DNA of 64,000 bases from Styela clava (taxonomy: Eukaryota): the NCBI RefSeq assembly GCF_964204865.1, contig NC_135254.1, positions 14,632,001-14,696,000 on the forward strand, written 5' to 3'. Numbering within the stretch: position 1 is the stretch's first letter; every line of letters starts with the position of its first letter. The translations under genes were made by a program, and so were the position numbers. This document shows positions 59,047 through 64,000 of the stretch, one piece after another. The notes under the pieces are model-generated. The model made no database searches. It was not told the DNA's origin and saw only the letters and a program-made list of their open reading frames with translations.

Positions 59047-61241
59047 CAGAGGCGGATTAACCAGTAAACAATATAAGCACGTGCTTAGGGCACCAAGCAA
59101 AGGGGGGCACCACAGAAATTTCTATATCAGAATTTTCAATAGTTCATCGGTGTTTAATAAAATATTACGAGTTGAACAGACAACTCAGACTTGTTCGTAT
59201 TTTTTTTCCTCAAGCATCATATTAAGCTTCTCGATCAATGTTTGGAGGTTTGCGAACTACCTTTAAAAAATCGTGTACATCAATGGACCTTTCCCCGAAC
59301 TTTGACCCCCGAAAAATTCTTCCTATACTTTACAATTGCAAAATTCTCGGGGCTTATTTTAAGAGTGGTTTCGCGAGTTGGCCCCTGTAAAATGGGGTAT
59401 TTGTTGAGACCATCATTATGTTTCATGGTGTACAATAATCACCTTTTTATAAGTACCGGTAAGGAATTTTAGCCTAGTCTAACACAGCTATTTTTACACC
59501 AATTTTTCATTTACTGCAATTGAATTAAAACTTATAAAAAGACATGGTGATCATTTAATTATCTGATTTATGCTCAAATTTCCGAAACACAACTAAAAAC
59601 TAACGAATAGAGATAAAAAAAACGCGAAAACGAGGTAATGTTTACAACCATGCCTGAAAATCTGTCTGAGTGAGAAAGTGTCTGAGCGGATGCGAAAAGG
59701 GTACATTGTTACGTCACTTTCTTGCATGTGGCTGATTGGCCAATTACTCGAAGTCAACAAGGAGGTTGATGCTCGGGGAAGGTACATTAGTGATGAACAC
59801 TGAAACTTACTTGTCGAAAGTTTGGTGTAGCGACAACTTCAAAATTAAAAATGGCGCACTATGTGGCGGTTCCGCGATCGCATTTCAGCGATCTAGAGGT
59901 CAGCGAAGTTGGGGAGTTTTCTGGTAAGGTAGACTAGACTAATAAGTACTGGTAAAATTTTAAACTGCAGTTTGTACCGGTACTCGGTTCATCTGGTATT
60001 TCGATTCACGTTGAGACTTGACGCGTGAGTCTTAATCGTGACAATTCCCAGAATATATGGAAATCATATTCTGCTAAGCCAGTTGATGCAAACCTAGGCA
60101 GCTAGATTACTTATATTGCAGATAAAATGCAAGAGCTGGAATTCGTTTTATGTTATTGTTTTGGAATGAAATTTGCAGAATTTTCACAGAGTAAGTCAAG
60201 TTCTGCAAAGTGAGAATGTAGACTTACAAACATGCGCGCATCTGTATGCATCATTACGAGGCCAGCTGCGCATTCCACGAGATGAATTTGAACGCTATGA
60301 AGCGCTCACGCTACCACTGCAACCAAATGTCTCTTCATCTGCTGAGAAGGAAAGGTATTCGCAGGGTTGTCAAAAGCTTATTGATGCTTACCCAGAAGAT
60401 TTCAACAGTAATTTCTCAGCTGAGCTTCAGCAGTCTCATTTATATGTGCTCCATAAATTCAATGACACAGGAAAAAAAATCAAGATTCAGTCGTGCTGAA
60501 CTTTACAAAATTCTTGTAGAATATAACATTGAGTGCGCCTTTTCAAATGTAGACAGCAGCTTTCAAATATTTTTAACATTAATGATCACAAATTGTTCAG
60601 CAGAACGTTCATTTTCTCAGCTGAAGTATATTAAAAACCCCTACAGAACAACTATGAAACAAGACAGACTAGAATACTAGATTCTTTATCTCTGTTGAGT
60701 ATAGAGGCAGATGTGTTACATAAGCTTAGTTTTGAGGATCTAATCAAAGACTTTGCAGCTAAAAAAATTAGGAAAAAATTTTTCAAAAGTAAGTGAAAGA
60801 CTTCTGTCTTTTCAAATGTTAGTGGTGCCTTTGTAATGTCAGTGGCGTAGTATCTAGTATGGAGAGAGACTTGTTTTGATAATATGAGAAAATTTATCAG
60901 AATCAAATTCAAGTAAATGTACCGAAAAACATCGTTTGCTTCCTTACTGTTGGTATTGTTTTATTTCAATTTCATCTTTTTCAAAATTTTGTGTTGTTTA
61001 TTATTCAATGTAAAAGATGTATTATGTAAGAATAAGATTAGTTTTGGGAATATGAGCAAAATTTCACAGTCAAAAAAATGTAAGAAAACCTAAAAATGTT
61101 CGTAGAAGTTGTATTTTTTTACTGTTGGTTGTGAGTATTTTTGATGGATAATACACTTAATTATATGTATTTTATCAGACACATATGGGGGCACCAAAGC
61201 CTCCAGTGCTTAGGGCACCAAAGGGGCTTAGTCCGCCCCTG
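59047..61241 (+). mobile_element. hAT DNA transposon, internally deleted, 2195 bp
   Basis: TIR cagaggcggattaa / ttagtccgcccctg; perfect 8-bp TSD ctcataag (59039-59046, 61242-61249); gtgcttagggcaccaa near both ends. Confidence 0.93.
60075..60796 (+). pseudogene. Frameshifted C-terminal hAT transposase remnant with hATC dimerisation domain
   Basis: LQNFHRVSQVLQSENVDL, KLIDAYPEDFNSNFSAEL and FQIFLTLMITNCSAERSFSQLKYIKNPYRTTMKQDRL in different frames. Confidence 0.9.
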
Positions 61242-61714
61242 CTCATAAGGATAGAGTTCTAGTGAAGCCCACCATATTACATACAGTATATCACATTTTT
61301 AGCAATTCCAAAACAATGTAATAGGGTGGATGCTTGTCTATATGACCCTCATTGTTGCATATTATATATATTGTATTTCCCAAAATACAATTGAAATGAA
61401 GTCAATTTTATTTTGGCCGTACACAACTCCCGATTCTCCTTCAGCTACATTCAGTATTTTTTGACGCGTTCGTGACTCTCAACAAAATTGTGGGTAGTCC
61501 AATCGTTTGGGAATTAATAAAATGCATGTGTAACAAAATGTGCCGGTAACCACTGGTTACAGCTGTAACTGACAACTTTTCGTTTACTGAAAACGAAATG
61601 TGAATGGTTATTATGGATATATATATATATCTGTTAATATACACCTTAAATCGGATTTACTATCCGAAACCGAGATAATAATGATTACGTGTTTAAACTG
61701 ATTAGCAATTGTCT

Positions 61715-62140
61715 GTTATTGGACACGAAATGTATACATACGCTTTGTTTTTAGGTTGTTGTTGTTGTTGGTGGTATTTTTTTTCTTATTGTTATGAAAA
61801 AATAAATTTCATCTAAAGCTACTGGACCAATTGCTTTGAAATTGTCAGTGGTTAAAGATTGCTAGACGGCTTTTACTTTTATATTTATTTCGAAACTTCT
61901 CTGTGGGCTCTATGTGATTCGTGTTTAACTCGAAATTTCGTATGATGATCCCTTCAGTATTAATAAAAATTATTCGTAGCGAATCTGCAACCTCCCTCGT
62001 GCTACTCCCGTGCTACGCGAAATTCTGTAGTCGTTACCGTACAAGAGACAAGGTGAGGTGAAGTACTGTATATGGTAAGGTAGACTACTGCTTCGTTATG
62101 GCTTTCGTGCCCATATCCTTAATCATCGTTCTCTTGTATT
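61715..62140 (+). mobile_element. HINE-like element, family C
   Basis: gttattggacacg start, (GTT)n, core actggaccaattgctttgaaatt.tcagtggttaaagatt, cgtgctactccc.tgctacgcgaaa, gtaaggtagactactgcttcg, 3' subTIR cgtgcccata. Confidence 0.75.
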
Positions 62141-63636
62141 TGATTTATATCATATTGGTTGTGCAGCTTCCTATTAACGCAAATTGGGTAACCATAACCA
62201 GCCTGCGAAGTTTGCCTATGCAGTCAGCTGTTGTGGCGGCTAGGATGCCACTACGCACGCCTTCGGAAGCCTGTACTATCATCATCAAATCAATGTTTTT
62301 ATTGGCTCAATTGACGGTTTCTCCGACATTCGTTTTACATTTATAACTAGTCAGTTTCGAGAACCGATTTTGAAAACCTCACACTGACAACTACTGATAT
62401 GCGACTGGTTGCTGTTGTTTTGATATAAAATCCTGTACCAGCACGACATTGTGTAAGTTAAAGGGAGGAACATTTTTATATTTGAATGTATAAACCAAAC
62501 CAAACTTTATGAACCAAATTCAAATAATCAGTATTCGTAAATTCCTAAATATTTAAAGATCTTCAGGGAAAGTTTTAAGGGGTATGACGGGCACCACTGA
62601 CAGTAATCCACTGTTTTATAATATAATACAATAACAATAAGTCCAACAAGCTACCCCTTCTCAGAAAATGACATTTGTTTCTTAGTTTACTTCTGTCAAA
62701 CAGATTTTTATTCAGAAATGTTTTTACACATGAAGAAAAAAGCAAGGCAAATTTTACAGCATAATTTTCAAGTCTTTATAAATAACATATAATACATGAA
62801 AGGCTTCTGGGGAAAATAGTCAATATATATCTTTCCCGTGTCGAGTGGATAATGATACAATGATATATTGGAGGAACTCACAAACTTATAGTTAGTCATT
62901 GCTAATATTGATAACACACTTGGCGAACTATTTCAGTAAGTTTTTGCAGATAAACGATATCCAGCATCGTCCGGCATTTTTCATAGCTAAATAATGATTT
63001 TACAATCTGGTAAGGCAAGTTCACCATTCATACAAGGTGTAAAATTATGTAGGCTATGCTCAAACAGATATATCCGTGCAAACTTTTAATCTTTTCCGTC
63101 AACAAGGGCCGAGTCGCGTCTACTTAAACCGAGTCTCGTTCTGGCGATAAAATAAAAACACCTCACTTTTACAAGAGTTCGTATACCGTATTTGTGTGTT
63201 ATTACTTTTGTAAATACAAACGCATTGACTCTCCAAGGAATAACAGAAATATGGCCAGGCAAACGAACGTAATTTCTGTCCACCAATATCCTTCTCAAAG
63301 ATACAAATAATATGTAGTGCGTTAAAATTTCCATAAAATGTGAACTGTGTGAATTTTTTATATTCGTCGCAGGAAACCCGGCAAAACACCTGGGATATGG
63401 TCGGGTATAGGTTGTGCTGTCCAATGTAATCTTTTATTACCTGTGAGTGGCATTGCTACTGTATATAGAAATCAAAAGTAAATATTGTTCAAGCTTAAAG
63501 CTTCTCCAAAATATGAGTTAAATTCAAGATTCGAACAATAGATCATATAGTAGAAGTTGTGTGAATGTGTTGATTGAGGAAATCTGAAGAATTGTTTGGA
63601 GCATGAAAGCTGCACGAGTCGCTTTCGGTCATTTTT

Positions 63637-63999
63637 TCAAGCTGTATTTTTCTTATTTTTAGAAGATGCTTTTGGAATGACTTTGCGTGATATGTAGTAA
63701 TCATATAATTCAACCAAATATCCCTGATCTCCATAGTGTTGCTTGTAACTTGGAAATTTCTCGTATGCCCATTGAAAAAAGTCTTTCAAATGATTGCCTG
63801 TTGTGAAATGGGTTTGTGATTGCGCTAAGAATCCTCCATATAGTCTGGAAAGATATCGTTGATCACCATACGTTTTTCTGTATGAAGGCTTTGTTTTGTA
63901 TAACCAGGAGAAAAAATTCTTGAGTGTTTTCGTGCCAATTTTAACAGACGGAGCCGTAACGGTCGGATAAAAGTCTTTTGGTCTGCAAGTACCTGGCCG
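63637..63999 (-). CDS. 3' end of an unidentified protein with two copies of an aromatic-rich motif; start lies beyond the window
   Basis: Stop-free 120-codon frame from the window edge to TGA: RPGTCRPKDFYPTVTAPSVKIGTKTLKNFFSWLYKTKPSYRKTYGDQRYLSRLYGGFLAQSQTHFTTGNHLKDFFQWAYEKFPSYKQHYGDQGYLVELYDYYISRKVIPKASSKNKKNTA*. The repeat is conserved at protein level while codons differ. Confidence 0.8.
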   Translation of the reverse strand, partial: RPGTCRPKDFYPTVTAPSVKIGTKTLKNFFSWLYKTKPSYRKTYGDQRYLSRLYGGFLAQSQTHFTTGNHLKDFFQWAYEKFPSYKQHYGDQGYLVELYDYYISRKVIPKASSKNKKNTA

Positions 64000-64000
64000 A

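Noticed and set aside
63086-63424. 112-aa and 89-aa minus-strand ORFs
   Set aside because: No recognisable motifs; position fits the 3'UTR of the terminal gene.
63543-63734. 63-aa ORF from the track
   Set aside because: It is a shifted frame overlapping the better-supported 63637-63999 frame.

Overview
Eukaryotic, AT-rich, intron-rich genomic DNA from an invertebrate animal (an intact USP gene and compact introns are compatible with a tunicate, but the taxon cannot be fixed from sequence alone). Hand-spliced genes, all GT-AG with consistent phases: (1) the 3' 21 exons of an N-recognin E3 ligase, UBR3 (+, 180-26463); (2) a complete 8-exon aldo-keto reductase (+, 34682-37133); (3) a complete 8-exon secreted, membrane-anchored ZP-domain protein (+, 47644-52998); (4) a universal stress protein with an intronless CDS (-, 56665-57183); (5) the 3' end of an unrecognised protein with a duplicated ~45-aa aromatic motif, which the ORF track missed (-, 63637-63999). 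Introns and intergenic DNA are full of non-autonomous transposons: hAT/Charlie-Buster elements (including a triple-nested set), Merlin-like MITEs with 8-bp TSDs, two Helentron-type (DINE-1/HINE-like) families, Tc1/pogo MITEs, two tRNA-derived SINE families and minisatellites. The least explained signals are the tandem-motif protein at the window end and four perfect copies of a 20-bp palindrome in one UBR3 intron. Most short ORFs in the supplied track are spurious or intron read-through.
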